The notes under the pieces: model-generated
What the model saw: the letters and a program-made list of their open reading frames with translations, nothing else
Database searches by the model: none
What the model was told of the DNA's origin: nothing
DNA from: Pseudomonadota bacterium
GTDB lineage: Bacteria; Desulfobacterota; Desulfobacteria; Desulfobacterales; RPRI01
Reading direction: 5' to 3'
DNA length: 53,009 bases
NCBI GenBank assembly: GCA_018823005.1
Contig: JAHJJB010000172.1
Span: forward strand, 1 to 53,009
In this document: positions 8,253 to 18,431 of the stretch, one piece after another
Numbering within the stretch: position 1 is the first letter of the stretch
How the letters are laid out: each line of letters begins with the position of its first letter
Made by a program: the position numbers and the translations under genes

Positions 8253-8515
8253 CATTGACAAATCAGGTGCTTTATGGTCTTTTAACTCCGCATTTCGATA
8301 ATCCCATCAAAAGTCTCATGCGTCATGGATGACGCTTAATATAAAAAAGAGTATTTCGTTTTACAGTTTTCAGGGGAAAAATTGGGTCGTTCTGAGCTTT
8401 CACAAAAGTATGAGGAGGCCATCCTTCGAGTTATGGCATGATAAACTTGCGTGGATGGTTACAGTGGGGACAATGGGGACGGGCATGAAATTATGCGTTT
8501 CTGTTGAATAAACCT

Positions 8516-9016
8516 TTATTTTTTACCAATCTCACCCAGGATTTTTTTAACCAGATTACCGTCTGCCAGTTTCCCGAAATGCTTCATTACGGTTCCCATG
8601 GCCTGCATTGAATTTTTGTACTGAGAAAAATCTATGTTCTCTTTTATCCACGCTTCAGTCTCTTCCCTGCCCACCATCTGAGGAAGATATGTCGACAGGA
8701 TTTCAAGATATACGGAAGTCTCTTTTTTTGTAAGCTCAAGAACGGTTTTTTCCGATTTTACAAGCCCTCTTATAATGCCGAGAATATCATCGTCGGTAAT
8801 CTCTTCGCCTTTTTTCAGCCTGAATGATTTTTTCCCGCTCTCAAGTGTCAGGGGAGCAGTCAGCTTCGGATATTCCGACATGACCTGCCGGACGGTATTT
8901 CTGACCTGATCGTCTTTTTTTAACATTGATGATTTCAAATCGGCCTTCAGCTTATCGAGCAGGGAAATTCCTGTATCCTTGCTCCACCCGTAGTATCTGT
9001 CTTCCATTACATTCAC
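8516..9016 (-). CDS. GatB/YqeY domain protein
   Basis: LLDKLKADLKSSML...LEILSTYLPQM...AMGTVMKHFGKLADGNLVK. Confidence 0.8.
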   Translation of the reverse strand: MNVMEDRYYGWSKDTGISLLDKLKADLKSSMLKKDDQVRNTVRQVMSEYPKLTAPLTLESGKKSFRLKKGEEITDDDILGIIRGLVKSEKTVLELTKKETSVYLEILSTYLPQMVGREETEAWIKENIDFSQYKNSMQAMGTVMKHFGKLADGNLVKKILGEIGKK

Positions 9017-9053
9017 CCTCTCCCCAAATATTTGGCTGCTTCGTAAAAGTTCA

Positions 9054-10031
9054 TTATTTAATAATCACCGCATCCTTTATCGGTCTATTCTCAATGAAAT
9101 CTATAATGGTTTTTGCGGTAGATTCGGGCTTTTCCTCCTGGGGAATATGCCCGCATTCCGGAAATATAACAAGAGTTGAATTTGAAAGATCTTTTCTGAA
9201 TTTATACCCCGATTCGAGAGGTATCCATTCATCATTTTCTCCCCATATGATAAGTGTCCGGTTTTTAATACCGGGAATTCTTCCTATAAAATAACGCAAG
9301 GCGTCGGAATCAAACGATCTTGCAAGAGCCGTTTGTGCATAAACGGCATTTTCGGTGGACATTCTGCGGAAATATGCATCAATTTTTTCCTCAGTGACCA
9401 TGTCATCATTGAATAAGACTTCTTTTAAGGTGCTTTCCACAACATACCGCCCGAAAAACAGCCTTGTTATTTCCCCTGCAAACGGTATTTTTGCCATTCT
9501 TATAATAAAGGGTTTTTTTATCGGGTATCCCGCCGAATCGATCAGAACAATCTGTCCGGTTTTATCAGGATATTCAAGAGCCATGAGAAGAGCTATTGCG
9601 CCCCCTAAAGAGTTGCCCACAAAAACAACATCCTTTAGCCCAATGACATCCATCCACCTGTTAACTTCCTGCATGAGCGTAACAGCGTCGTATTTTGCAT
9701 CTTCAGGCTTATCCGACCAACCGAACCCTTTCATGTCAAGGGCCCAGACATGATATCCCTGCCCGGTCAGATACGGAATAATTTTCTCCCAGGTATACGT
9801 CGAAGAGGCAAAACCGTGAAGCAGAAATATATCTCGCCCCGTTCCGGGATATTCCCTGTAATGATAATTTACATTATCTATCATTATATATTTATCTTCA
9901 GGAGTCCTTCCCTGTATTTCACCTTTGGGAATGGTTTTTATGAAAAAGCCACAGCCCGATACGGCAATTACAAGAAAAAAAGCTATAAGACAATGCCCTG
10001 ATATTACAATAAATGATTTGGTTTTACTCAT
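9054..10031 (-). CDS. Alpha/beta hydrolase, probable lipoprotein
   Basis: LLHGF, DMKGFGWSD, GNSLGG nucleophile, CGHIPQEE; N-terminal hydrophobic stretch ending AVSGC. Confidence 0.9.
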   Translation of the reverse strand: MSKTKSFIVISGHCLIAFFLVIAVSGCGFFIKTIPKGEIQGRTPEDKYIMIDNVNYHYREYPGTGRDIFLLHGFASSTYTWEKIIPYLTGQGYHVWALDMKGFGWSDKPEDAKYDAVTLMQEVNRWMDVIGLKDVVFVGNSLGGAIALLMALEYPDKTGQIVLIDSAGYPIKKPFIIRMAKIPFAGEITRLFFGRYVVESTLKEVLFNDDMVTEEKIDAYFRRMSTENAVYAQTALARSFDSDALRYFIGRIPGIKNRTLIIWGENDEWIPLESGYKFRKDLSNSTLVIFPECGHIPQEEKPESTAKTIIDFIENRPIKDAVIIK

Positions 10032-10033
10032 AA

Positions 10034-10423
10034 TTATTTCTTGTTGCGGATCTTGGCGTGGCATTCACCGCACTTACCCTTGATCTCGCCCAGTTTTATC
10101 TTGACTGTTTCGCCATCCTTCTTGGCAGCTGCAACAGAGATATCATTGGAAATTGATGAAATTGCCAGGGTAAGCTCTTTGCCGAGGGGATTTGGAATGT
10201 TTTCACCAGCTTTCCGGGTCTGGGTGGCCAACGCATCGGCATCACTGGTAATAGCCTCAAACTTGTTGGCAACAAGATTTTCGCTCATTGCGGTCAGCCA
10301 GGCTACCCTGGCCTGCATTAGTTTCTGTGAAGGACGCAGTTCCGGCTTCACATCACCGGCCGCAAAGGCAAAGAAAGCTGTGGCAAAAATTGCACCAGAC
10401 AGCAGAGTAAGGACCTTTTTCAT
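10034..10423 (-). CDS. Cytochrome c' (class II) family protein
   Basis: Signal peptide, helical body and a single C-terminal CGECH heme motif. Confidence 0.8.
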   Translation of the reverse strand: MKKVLTLLSGAIFATAFFAFAAGDVKPELRPSQKLMQARVAWLTAMSENLVANKFEAITSDADALATQTRKAGENIPNPLGKELTLAISSISNDISVAAAKKDGETVKIKLGEIKGKCGECHAKIRNKK

Positions 10424-10565
10424 TTAATGCCCCTTTTTCTCAGGTATTATGGATAGGTGTTGAGGAACTGATTGACTAAAAAAGCTATCCCGCATGATGA
10501 AATATTATGATGGATGCCTTTTTGTGTCAATGAAAAATGGGACAAATCAGATAATTAGAAAATCA

Positions 10566-10594
10566 TTGACATGTAAAATCCTTCTTCTTATACT
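10566..10594 (+). promoter_or_regulatory. sigma70-type promoter of the CHASE2-PP2C gene
   Basis: TTGACA-17 bp-TATACT, about 85 bp upstream of ATG 10680. Confidence 0.65.
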
Positions 10595-10679
10595 CCTGTC
10601 ACAATAAAATGAATTTCCCCAATAAAAGGGAAGCGTCTTTTCGGATTTGCCCATCCCCTGATCCCCTTGAGGTCATTCT

Positions 10680-12797
10680 ATGAAGCGTCTACTCGATTTG
10701 CTTATATTTTTGTTTCGGGCCGGTCGTGGCCGCCCTTTAGCAGCGGTATTTCTGGCACTATTCTTCTTTTTACACCTGTACTCTGACTATTCCCCGTTCA
10801 AGACCCTTCGCCTTATCCTCTTTGATGCTTATCAGACATACCTGCCCAGAGAGAGAATTTCAGCGCCTGCAACCATTGTTAATATCGATGAAAACAGCCT
10901 CAAATTATATGGTCAGTGGCCATGGCCGCGTACCCGCCTGGCAGAATTGATTGAGCGCATTTCATCCTATCAGCCGGCAGCAATCGGCCTTGATATAATA
11001 ATGCCTGAACCTGACCGAGCATCACCTGCACGTATGGCAGAGTCGCTGCCTCAAATTGATTCAGAGCTCAGGAAGCGCCTAATGTTGCTTCCAGATAATG
11101 ACATAATATTTGCTAATACGCTCAGAAGATCGTCCGTCATATTGGGAGTTGCAGGTTTCGACTATAAAACATCAACAACCGCAACCACTCTCCGCACTGC
11201 CCCGGTAGTGGTTAAGGGAGGTGATGCCACCCGGTACGCAAGACATTTTCCCGCAGTGCTGAAAAGCATACCAGATCTCGAATCGGCTGCTACGAGCCAG
11301 GCCTTGCTTAGCGCAGATTTGGAAAAAGGGGTTGTGCGTCGTCTCCCTATGATCTCAACTGTCGGTGAAATACTTGTTCCCTCCTTATCGCTTGAAATGT
11401 TGCGGATAGCCAGCGGCCAGCCGTCGATTGATGTCGAAATTGGTCGTCAGGGAATTGTGAGCGTCGGCCTCAGCGATATTAAAATACCTACTCAGAGCGA
11501 TGGCGAAGCATGGATATATTTTACGCCATTCATGCCGGAACGCTATGTTTCAGCAGTTGACGTATTCAACGGACGGGTAAATCCGGAGCTGCTGAAACAA
11601 AAATTGGTGTTGGTAGGTCTTGCCGGATTGGGGTTGATAGATTTCCAGACGACGCCCCGAGGCGAACGGGTACCCGGGATTGAAGTTCATGCCCAGTTGC
11701 TTGAAAACATATTCGATCAACGTTTCCTGCAGCGCCCCTCCTGGATGAAGTTGTTGGAGTCGGCCATTCTCCTTTTATCTGGTCTTTTTCTTCTATATTA
11801 TTTGCCTTCCCTCAAGCCAAGGTTATCAACAATGCTTGCAGAAATTCTTGCCGTGCTCTTGATAGGCTTGGGATTTCTGCTGTACCGCACTGCCGGTTTA
11901 CTTTTTGATGCCGCATCGCTTTCAATTGAAATCAATATCATTTTCGCCGGCCTTTTAAGCAGTACATTCATTGAGGCGGATCGTGAGCGGCGAATTGCCG
12001 AAAAGGCATTGCAAGTTGAACGCGAGGCAGCTGCCCGTTTCGCCGGTGAACTTGAGGCTGCACGCCGGATACAGATTGGCTCACTTCCAAGGGCTGAAAC
12101 TGCTTTCCCCGGAGAAACCCGCTTTGCTCTTCATGCACAGATAGAACCAGCCCGCGAAGTGGGAGGTGATTTGTATGACTTCTACATGCTGGATCAAAAC
12201 CGGCTGTTTTTCATCATAGGGGATGTGGCAGGCAAAGGTTTGCCGGCCAGCCTGTTCATGGTGATGAGCAAGGTGCTTACCAAAAGTATCATCCTGAGTT
12301 CTGGACTCGACGTACGGGACACCTTTAACAGGCTAAATATGGAGCTTGAAAGGGAAAATCCGGAGGCGCTTTTTGTCACGGCTTTCGCAGCGATTCTTGA
12401 TGTGGAACTTGGCCTGTTAGAATATTGCATAGCGGGTCACGACGCACCATGGCGCATTAATGCCAACGGTGATGTTAGCCGGCTGGCCGGCGAAGGTAAT
12501 CTCCCTTTAAGTGTTCAGGAAGGAGTCGACTATCCAAAAAAGAGTGTACAACTCTCCCCCGGCGAAACAATTTGCATTGCCACTGATGGAATCACAGAGG
12601 CAATGAATACGGCTGGCGAGCTATACGGAGTAACTCGTTTGACACAACTCCTGGAAAGAAAAGGAGCAACTCATTTACTGCCTTCGGATATTGCAACACT
12701 CCTGAATGATGACGTACGTATCTTTGTAGGCGATGCCGAACAGTCTGATGATATGGCGTTGCTGATTATAAACTGGTATGGACCGGATAGGATTTAG
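10680..12797 (+). CDS. CHASE2 sensor fused to a SpoIIE/RsbU-type PP2C phosphatase
   Basis: IDENSL...GQWPWPR, PGIEVHAQ (CHASE2), three TM helices, then EVGGDLYD, IGDVAGKG, ATDGITEA, SDDM. Confidence 0.92.
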   Translation: MKRLLDLLIFLFRAGRGRPLAAVFLALFFFLHLYSDYSPFKTLRLILFDAYQTYLPRERISAPATIVNIDENSLKLYGQWPWPRTRLAELIERISSYQPAAIGLDIIMPEPDRASPARMAESLPQIDSELRKRLMLLPDNDIIFANTLRRSSVILGVAGFDYKTSTTATTLRTAPVVVKGGDATRYARHFPAVLKSIPDLESAATSQALLSADLEKGVVRRLPMISTVGEILVPSLSLEMLRIASGQPSIDVEIGRQGIVSVGLSDIKIPTQSDGEAWIYFTPFMPERYVSAVDVFNGRVNPELLKQKLVLVGLAGLGLIDFQTTPRGERVPGIEVHAQLLENIFDQRFLQRPSWMKLLESAILLLSGLFLLYYLPSLKPRLSTMLAEILAVLLIGLGFLLYRTAGLLFDAASLSIEINIIFAGLLSSTFIEADRERRIAEKALQVEREAAARFAGELEAARRIQIGSLPRAETAFPGETRFALHAQIEPAREVGGDLYDFYMLDQNRLFFIIGDVAGKGLPASLFMVMSKVLTKSIILSSGLDVRDTFNRLNMELERENPEALFVTAFAAILDVELGLLEYCIAGHDAPWRINANGDVSRLAGEGNLPLSVQEGVDYPKKSVQLSPGETICIATDGITEAMNTAGELYGVTRLTQLLERKGATHLLPSDIATLLNDDVRIFVGDAEQSDDMALLIINWYGPDRI

Positions 12798-13384
12798 CGC
12801 ACGCTGATTTCGACTCGGCGGTTTAGGGGTTCGGATACGCCTTCTTTTGTCTGAATAAGCTTTTCACGCGAACCACGACCTGCGACATCAATCGACAAGG
12901 CCGAAATTCCCGCTTGTTGAACGATTTTGCGTATCGCTTCTGCGCGACTCAGAGATAGAGCGTCATTGTAATCGGGACTGCCGAGGCTGTCGGTATGACC
13001 GATTATGACGATTTCCGGGAAAGCCCGTTGTTTGAGCTCCGACTTTATCTGTTCCAGCATAGGCAAGGATTCGGGAGTCAGTTCGTTTGTCCCTTCAATA
13101 AAATACAGGATGAAAGAGGTCGGTCTTGGAGGTTGAGCCGATAATGCCGCTCCAAATTGCCGGTTGACGGCTTCCGGGTCAAGTTCCTTCGTTTCGATGC
13201 GGCCTGTGGAGTATACATCAGCCGCCTTGTATGGCTGATCGAGAACAGCTTCACCTTGTGCAGAGTTAACAACCAAAGCGCTGGAACGAAGATTTTTGTC
13301 GGGCAGCAGTACCACCCGGTCATAACCGGCACAACCGGAAATTACGATCAGGGCAACCAGGATTAAAACCAACCTTGCACGCAT
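12794..13384 (-). CDS. OmpA-family peptidoglycan-binding lipoprotein
   Basis: Lipobox ISGC; IGHTDSLG..YNDALSLSRA...LNRRVEI. Confidence 0.9.
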   Translation of the reverse strand: MRARLVLILVALIVISGCAGYDRVVLLPDKNLRSSALVVNSAQGEAVLDQPYKAADVYSTGRIETKELDPEAVNRQFGAALSAQPPRPTSFILYFIEGTNELTPESLPMLEQIKSELKQRAFPEIVIIGHTDSLGSPDYNDALSLSRAEAIRKIVQQAGISALSIDVAGRGSREKLIQTKEGVSEPLNRRVEISVR

Positions 13385-13385
13385 C

Positions 13386-13835
13386 TTACTTCTCCTCGCC
13401 GCTGCCGGCGTCAATGACGAATTCGGTACCTCTCAAGCCGAGGATGGCTGCTGGTGTATGGAATTTCACTGCATCCGGTGAATTCTTGGCAATTTTACCC
13501 GAAACCACCGAGAGGGTACCGCGCTTTATAGAAGCTTCAATTGCACCTGTAAGTGTTGATGAGTTGAAGGCGAATTGATTAAGAACTATCGTACTCAAAG
13601 GTCCGGCAGAAAGAAGGGTGTTGTCCTTCAGGGTAATGCCGACCGAACCATCATCTCCAGTAATGATCTTATCTCCTACGAACACCGTCATGCCTGCTGA
13701 AGCCGCAGTCTTTTGACCGGAGCGTTCGATACTGACCATGCCTCTTGAAACTTTGATCAAGCCTGCTTCTTCCGCCGCCAGAGCAGGCAGCACAAAAATC
13801 AATGCCAGACTAATAAAAAACACCAACTTCTTCAT
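13386..13835 (-). CDS. Secreted FecR-domain protein
   Basis: Signal peptide; GDKIITGDDG...LKDNT...TPAAILGLRGTEF. Confidence 0.85.
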   Translation of the reverse strand: MKKLVFFISLALIFVLPALAAEEAGLIKVSRGMVSIERSGQKTAASAGMTVFVGDKIITGDDGSVGITLKDNTLLSAGPLSTIVLNQFAFNSSTLTGAIEASIKRGTLSVVSGKIAKNSPDAVKFHTPAAILGLRGTEFVIDAGSGEEK

Positions 13836-14020
13836 ATCGCACTCTCCATTATATTTTCTGCGTCGCAAATAACCGGGGATAATATTCCCGAATCTCAAAT
13901 AGTTATGATAATCCTTGAAATAATTTCTCTTTTCAATATACTTAAGCTGACAGGTATGCTACTGAAATACAACGACACTGATAACGATTCCCGAAAAATA
14001 TTAGCTTAAAAGGAATTCTC

Positions 14021-14986
14021 ATGCAAGTATATTTTTGGGGTTCGCGGGGTTCCTTACCTGCTTCAATAACTGCAAAAAGCATCGAGACAAAAATATTCAG
14101 AGCTCTCAAGGCGTCGCGCGCTCACAATCTTGAAACGGACGAAGATATAAATACCTTCATCCGTAATCAACTACCTTTTGCTGTCAGAATGAGCTATGGC
14201 GGCAACACATCCTGCGTTGAAATCAAGGGACAGGAAGAATATATCCTGTGCGATTCGGGAACAGGGTTGAGAGACTTCGGAGATCATTACATGAAAGTTG
14301 AAAAGGCCGGGCGAAAGAATTTGCCGAAGGTTTTTCATATCTTCATTTCGCATTTGCATTGGGATCACATCCAGGGTTTCCCTTTTTTCACGCCCGCATA
14401 CATACCTGGTCATCGCATCCACATCTACGGATATCACGCCGGCCTGGAAAAAAGTTTCGTCAACCAGCAGGATGAACCTTCTTTCCCGGTCCCTTTGAAT
14501 GAAATGAGTGCGGATATTTCTTTCCACATACTGGAGCCGGGGAAAGCTTACGAAATTGCAGGAATAAGCGTAACCGGCATAAAACAGAACCATCCGGGAG
14601 ATTCTTACGGATACTGCTTTTCAAGAGACGGGAAAAAGGTAATCTACTCAACAGATGCGGAACATAAGGAAGATTCGGAGGATGAAAATTATGAATTCGT
14701 CTCGTTTTTCAATAATGCAGACCTTCTGATTTTCGATGCGCAGTATAGCTTGTTGGCGGCCATTGAGGCAAAGAAGAATTGGGGACATTCAAGTAATCTT
14801 TTGGGAGTGGAACTTGCAGTGCGTGCCGGTGTTAAGCGTCTCTGTCTTTTTCATAGCGAGCACACATACGACGATGACGCCCTCGATCAATTCCTGAACG
14901 ACACCCGCAACTATCTTAATATACACGATAGTTCCTCTCCGCTTGAGATCTGTCTGGCTTATGACGGCCTGGAAATAGAGATATAG
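14021..14986 (+). CDS. MBL-fold hydrolase (RNase Z/cyclic-nucleotide phosphodiesterase-like)
   Basis: WGSRGS, GGNTSC, HLHWDH, HPG, DAQY, WGHS. Confidence 0.88.
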   Translation: MQVYFWGSRGSLPASITAKSIETKIFRALKASRAHNLETDEDINTFIRNQLPFAVRMSYGGNTSCVEIKGQEEYILCDSGTGLRDFGDHYMKVEKAGRKNLPKVFHIFISHLHWDHIQGFPFFTPAYIPGHRIHIYGYHAGLEKSFVNQQDEPSFPVPLNEMSADISFHILEPGKAYEIAGISVTGIKQNHPGDSYGYCFSRDGKKVIYSTDAEHKEDSEDENYEFVSFFNNADLLIFDAQYSLLAAIEAKKNWGHSSNLLGVELAVRAGVKRLCLFHSEHTYDDDALDQFLNDTRNYLNIHDSSSPLEICLAYDGLEIEI

Positions 14987-15128
14987 CAACGATCTTCTCT
15001 ACCGAGACCCGGTTAACGTTTAGACACCAGCATCCGGTCAAAATCACGCAAGTAGTAAGCTGGGAGATACTTGATTTTGTAGTTTAGGAATTCCATTCGG
15101 AGATATTATTGGATAATAAATTAGCATG

Positions 15129-15545
15129 TTACACAAACAGCGTCAATTTATTCCTGCCTTCTTCACGCCTGTATTGAACTTCATACATTAACTTTTTTAT
15201 GAATAATATGCCAAGCCCCCCGGTTTGGCGTCCATTAATATCCGAGGTTAAATCCGGTTCACGGACGGACATTATATCAAAAGGGACTCCTGAATCCACG
15301 ATTTCTATAACAAATCCCTTTGTCTCGACGCTTTTGCAAGTGATTTCTATATTTGCATCATGATCATTTTTTTCCGCATAGGCATATTTGGAGATATTGA
15401 CAAAAACTTCCTCTATAACCAATGCTATTTCGCTGATTTTTTCATTGCTGAATTTCTGCTCTCTTGCGCAGGAAGATACAAAGTCCACAGACTCATAAAG
15501 GAATTCCAGCTTTGCAGGTATGGTAATGGTCGCGGATATATCCAT
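15129..15545 (-). CDS. RsbW-like anti-sigma factor Ser/Thr kinase (HATPase_c)
   Basis: EEVFVNISKYAY, DSGVPFD, GGLGI. Confidence 0.9.
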   Translation of the reverse strand: MDISATITIPAKLEFLYESVDFVSSCAREQKFSNEKISEIALVIEEVFVNISKYAYAEKNDHDANIEITCKSVETKGFVIEIVDSGVPFDIMSVREPDLTSDINGRQTGGLGILFIKKLMYEVQYRREEGRNKLTLFV

Positions 15546-15554
15546 AAATTTAAT

Positions 15555-15890
15555 CTATTTAAGTGCATCTTCCTGAGTATCAAAGATATCGAAGATGGTG
15601 CTGAATCCAGAGATCTTAAACACCTCTTTAACCGGGCCCTTAAGCTCGGAAAAAGAAAGCTTCCCGTTATTAACTTTTAATTGTTTTGCTGAAACCAAGA
15701 TGCTTCGTAGACCTGCACTATTGATATAATCAAGTTCGCTGAAGTTGAGGAGAAGATTCTTCTCGCCCTGAGTAATCAGGCTAAAAAGGGTTTTTTCAAA
15801 TTCCGGAGCCGTTATTGTATCAATTTTACCTTTGACAGATACAATAAGCATATTTTTTTCTTTCCCCGTCTTGATCTGCATAGAATTCAC
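15555..15890 (-). CDS. STAS-domain anti-sigma factor antagonist (RsbV-like)
   Basis: GKIDT...LDYINSAGLR...VFKISGF. The start may be ATG 15881. Confidence 0.9.
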   Translation of the reverse strand: MNSMQIKTGKEKNMLIVSVKGKIDTITAPEFEKTLFSLITQGEKNLLLNFSELDYINSAGLRSILVSAKQLKVNNGKLSFSELKGPVKEVFKISGFSTIFDIFDTQEDALK

Positions 15891-16379
15891 CCGATATTAC
15901 CTTTTGAATGTTTAGTATTTTATAGAAGGCTTTTTGACGTTTAAGTATATGGATCATGTCTATAATCTGTCAAGGTATAAGGTAATATTTTTATCGTTGA
16001 TATTTTTGAAGAACAATCCCGCTTTACATGTGTTGCAATCAGCTTTTACGATTGCGCTTTCATCCCCCGACTTGACGAACATGAATTATTAAAAGATCTC
16101 GTTAAATTCTGCTTAAATAATTTGGTTGGTCCTGTTTGATCCTTGACAGGCGCTTTCCTCTTTGTAATATATTCCAAGATCAAAAGCAAACCTGACTATT
16201 TACCATCCGGGAATGGTTCTTTTGAGCGATCTCGGCGGCAATCTGCGGGATTTCTTGTGCGACGGATAGGATGCTGTCGGTCTGGGAGAGGGGAGGATCT
16301 CAACAATTAATCACGATATGTATCCTAAGAACTATAAACTCCGCCGGAGGCCTGTCTGCGGCGAGGAGACCAGTAATCC

Positions 16380-17204
16380 ATGAACCGGAAATCAGAGGCC
16401 GGAAGGCTGAAAGAGCATATTCTTGAAGCATTGTCAGTTTCCCCGGAACCGATGACTTTCGGAAAGCTCGGGAAGATTTTAACAGACCGGTTCGGTACAG
16501 AGAGAAAAGTATTTAAAAAAGCCGTAGATGATCTGATGGCCGCAGGGGAATTAACATATACATACAGGCACGGATGCTCTTTTATAGAAAAGTCTTTTGC
16601 AAAACCCGCGCGTGTGTCAGAGCATATAGTGCTTGTTCCTTATGGAATGCAGTTTTCAGGCGATCCGGGCGATGTAGTGATAAAGATACGGCATGGAATA
16701 TCTTTTGGAAGCGGTGACCATCCAACAACAAGGCTTGCTCTTCGCGGAATCGAAGAAGTTTTTTGTGAAACCGGATTATTAATAAATGAAAACAGCAGTT
16801 CAGCTCTTGATATCGGGACAGGAAGCGGCGTTCTTGCAATTGCCTGCCTTCTGTTTGGCGTCAAAAGAGCAACGGGAATTGACACGGACTCATGCGCCAG
16901 AAAAGAAGCAAGAGAAAACGCCGAAATTAACGGACTCGGTAATAGGATTGAAATATCGGATGTGCCGGTTTCAAAAATTGAAGGAGAGTTTTCAATTGTT
17001 ACTGCAAATCTGCGCTATCCGACATTAATAAACTTGTATCCTGTGATGATTGATCTGACCGGAATAGATTCCAGGCTCGTTTTTTCAGGTATAAAGGTTT
17101 CTGAAGCAGATGAACTGTCCAGGTTTTATTCAAAGGAACACTTCAGATGCCTGTGGGAGGAAAAAGAGAAGGACTGGGCCGGCTTTGTTTTTAAAAGAAT
17201 TTAG
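16380..17204 (+). CDS. PrmA-like SAM-dependent methyltransferase with a novel N-terminal domain
   Basis: SFGSGDHPTT, LDIGTGSGVLAIA, ANL, SGI. Confidence 0.85.
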   Translation: MNRKSEAGRLKEHILEALSVSPEPMTFGKLGKILTDRFGTERKVFKKAVDDLMAAGELTYTYRHGCSFIEKSFAKPARVSEHIVLVPYGMQFSGDPGDVVIKIRHGISFGSGDHPTTRLALRGIEEVFCETGLLINENSSSALDIGTGSGVLAIACLLFGVKRATGIDTDSCARKEARENAEINGLGNRIEISDVPVSKIEGEFSIVTANLRYPTLINLYPVMIDLTGIDSRLVFSGIKVSEADELSRFYSKEHFRCLWEEKEKDWAGFVFKRI

Positions 17205-18208
17205 AAAACTTCTTTTGCCTTTGCTATATTTTCAACATCTCCCATTATAATAACTGCCAGATCTTCAATAAGAATTGTTGAAGGAGGCGGATTAAAATGT
17301 ATCTCCTTGTCCTTATACCTGGAACCCAGGACAACGAGATTGAATTTGTCTGTTAATTCCAGGTCGGATATCTTTTTTCCTATTATCTGAGAATTTTTTT
17401 TAACATTGAACTGGCTTATACGAATATTCCCCTGGGTGCTCCGAAGCATGCTGTCGAGGAAATCCACAACAGCCGGACGCAGCATTTCGGAAGCCATACG
17501 AAGACCGCCAATATAATTCGGTGAAACCGTGCTGTCTGCACCGGCTTTTTTTAGCTTGGGCTGAAGACCCTGATCTACCATTCTGCTAATAATACGTATG
17601 TTGACGTTCATCATCCTTGCCGTCATTGTTACATAAAGGGTATCCTTATCGGAAGGAAGGCATATGACAATGCCTGAAGCTTTATCGATTCCGGCTGTTA
17701 TCAGGTTCTGGTCATCCGTGGCATCTCCTTTTATATATAGAAGGTCTTCGATGTGTCTGCTTTTTTCGACATTGTCATCAAGATGATCAATTAAAACCAC
17801 TTTTTCCTTATTTTTTATAAGTTCGGAAACAACGTGGCGCCCGGTTTCACCGCCGCCGCATACTATGTAGTGATTACTCAATTTTTTTATTAGTTTCTCC
17901 ATCTTGTTTTTCCTCAAAATACCTGTGAGTGCACCTTCAATTATCATCGCAGTCAGTGTGCTGATTCCGTAAAGAATAATTCCCATTCCAACGGTAATAA
18001 GCAGCATGGTAAAAATCTGGGCGGGGACATTTCCAGTCACTTCCAGAATTTCGCCGTATCCGACACTTGTCAGGGAAATAACAGTCATATACAGGCAATC
18101 CATGTATTTCGGCTTGCCTCCGAAAAGAAGATAGTAGCCGCAGCTTCCGGCAAGCACTACAAGAAATATTACAAAAATAATATAATAAAGTCTTTTTTTG
18201 ATATCCAT
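17201..18208 (-). CDS. Potassium channel with TrkA-N/TrkA-C (RCK) domains
   Basis: Two TM helices around the TSVGYG filter; CGGGETG Rossmann motif; GDAT. Confidence 0.92.
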   Translation of the reverse strand: MDIKKRLYYIIFVIFLVVLAGSCGYYLLFGGKPKYMDCLYMTVISLTSVGYGEILEVTGNVPAQIFTMLLITVGMGIILYGISTLTAMIIEGALTGILRKNKMEKLIKKLSNHYIVCGGGETGRHVVSELIKNKEKVVLIDHLDDNVEKSRHIEDLLYIKGDATDDQNLITAGIDKASGIVICLPSDKDTLYVTMTARMMNVNIRIISRMVDQGLQPKLKKAGADSTVSPNYIGGLRMASEMLRPAVVDFLDSMLRSTQGNIRISQFNVKKNSQIIGKKISDLELTDKFNLVVLGSRYKDKEIHFNPPPSTILIEDLAVIIMGDVENIAKAKEVF

Positions 18209-18297
18209 TTTTTGATGCCCGGATCTATTTTTGGATCAGAAGGGAAATCAGATTGTGACGGCTATGTAGTATAACAGAAAAAATTTGTAAAGATTTA

Positions 18298-18317
18298 TGA
18301 CGGCTTCATAAAAAGCT
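18298..18317. repeat. Isolated left end of the TGAYGG..TAAAAAG element family
   Basis: TGACGGCTTCATAAAAAGCT resembles the termini at 773 and 8120. Confidence 0.35.
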
Positions 18318-18431
18318 CGATTCGGGAGTGATGAAAAAAACTTTACAAAGAGCACCCTATGATTTATAGATATTGACCTGTTTGAATAATTGCTTCATTT
18401 CAACATCAATTTATAAACAACAGCTCACATC

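Noticed and set aside
8329-8511. 60-aa ORF between the MITE and yqeY
   Set aside because: No RBS and no recognisable motif; looks like degenerate intergenic or repeat DNA.
16180-16300. Possible c-di-GMP-I riboswitch (GCAAACC) in the long leader
   Set aside because: Lacks the GNRA-capped P2 and the downstream GCAAAGC/P3 elements; more likely a decayed repeat, but unsupported within this window.
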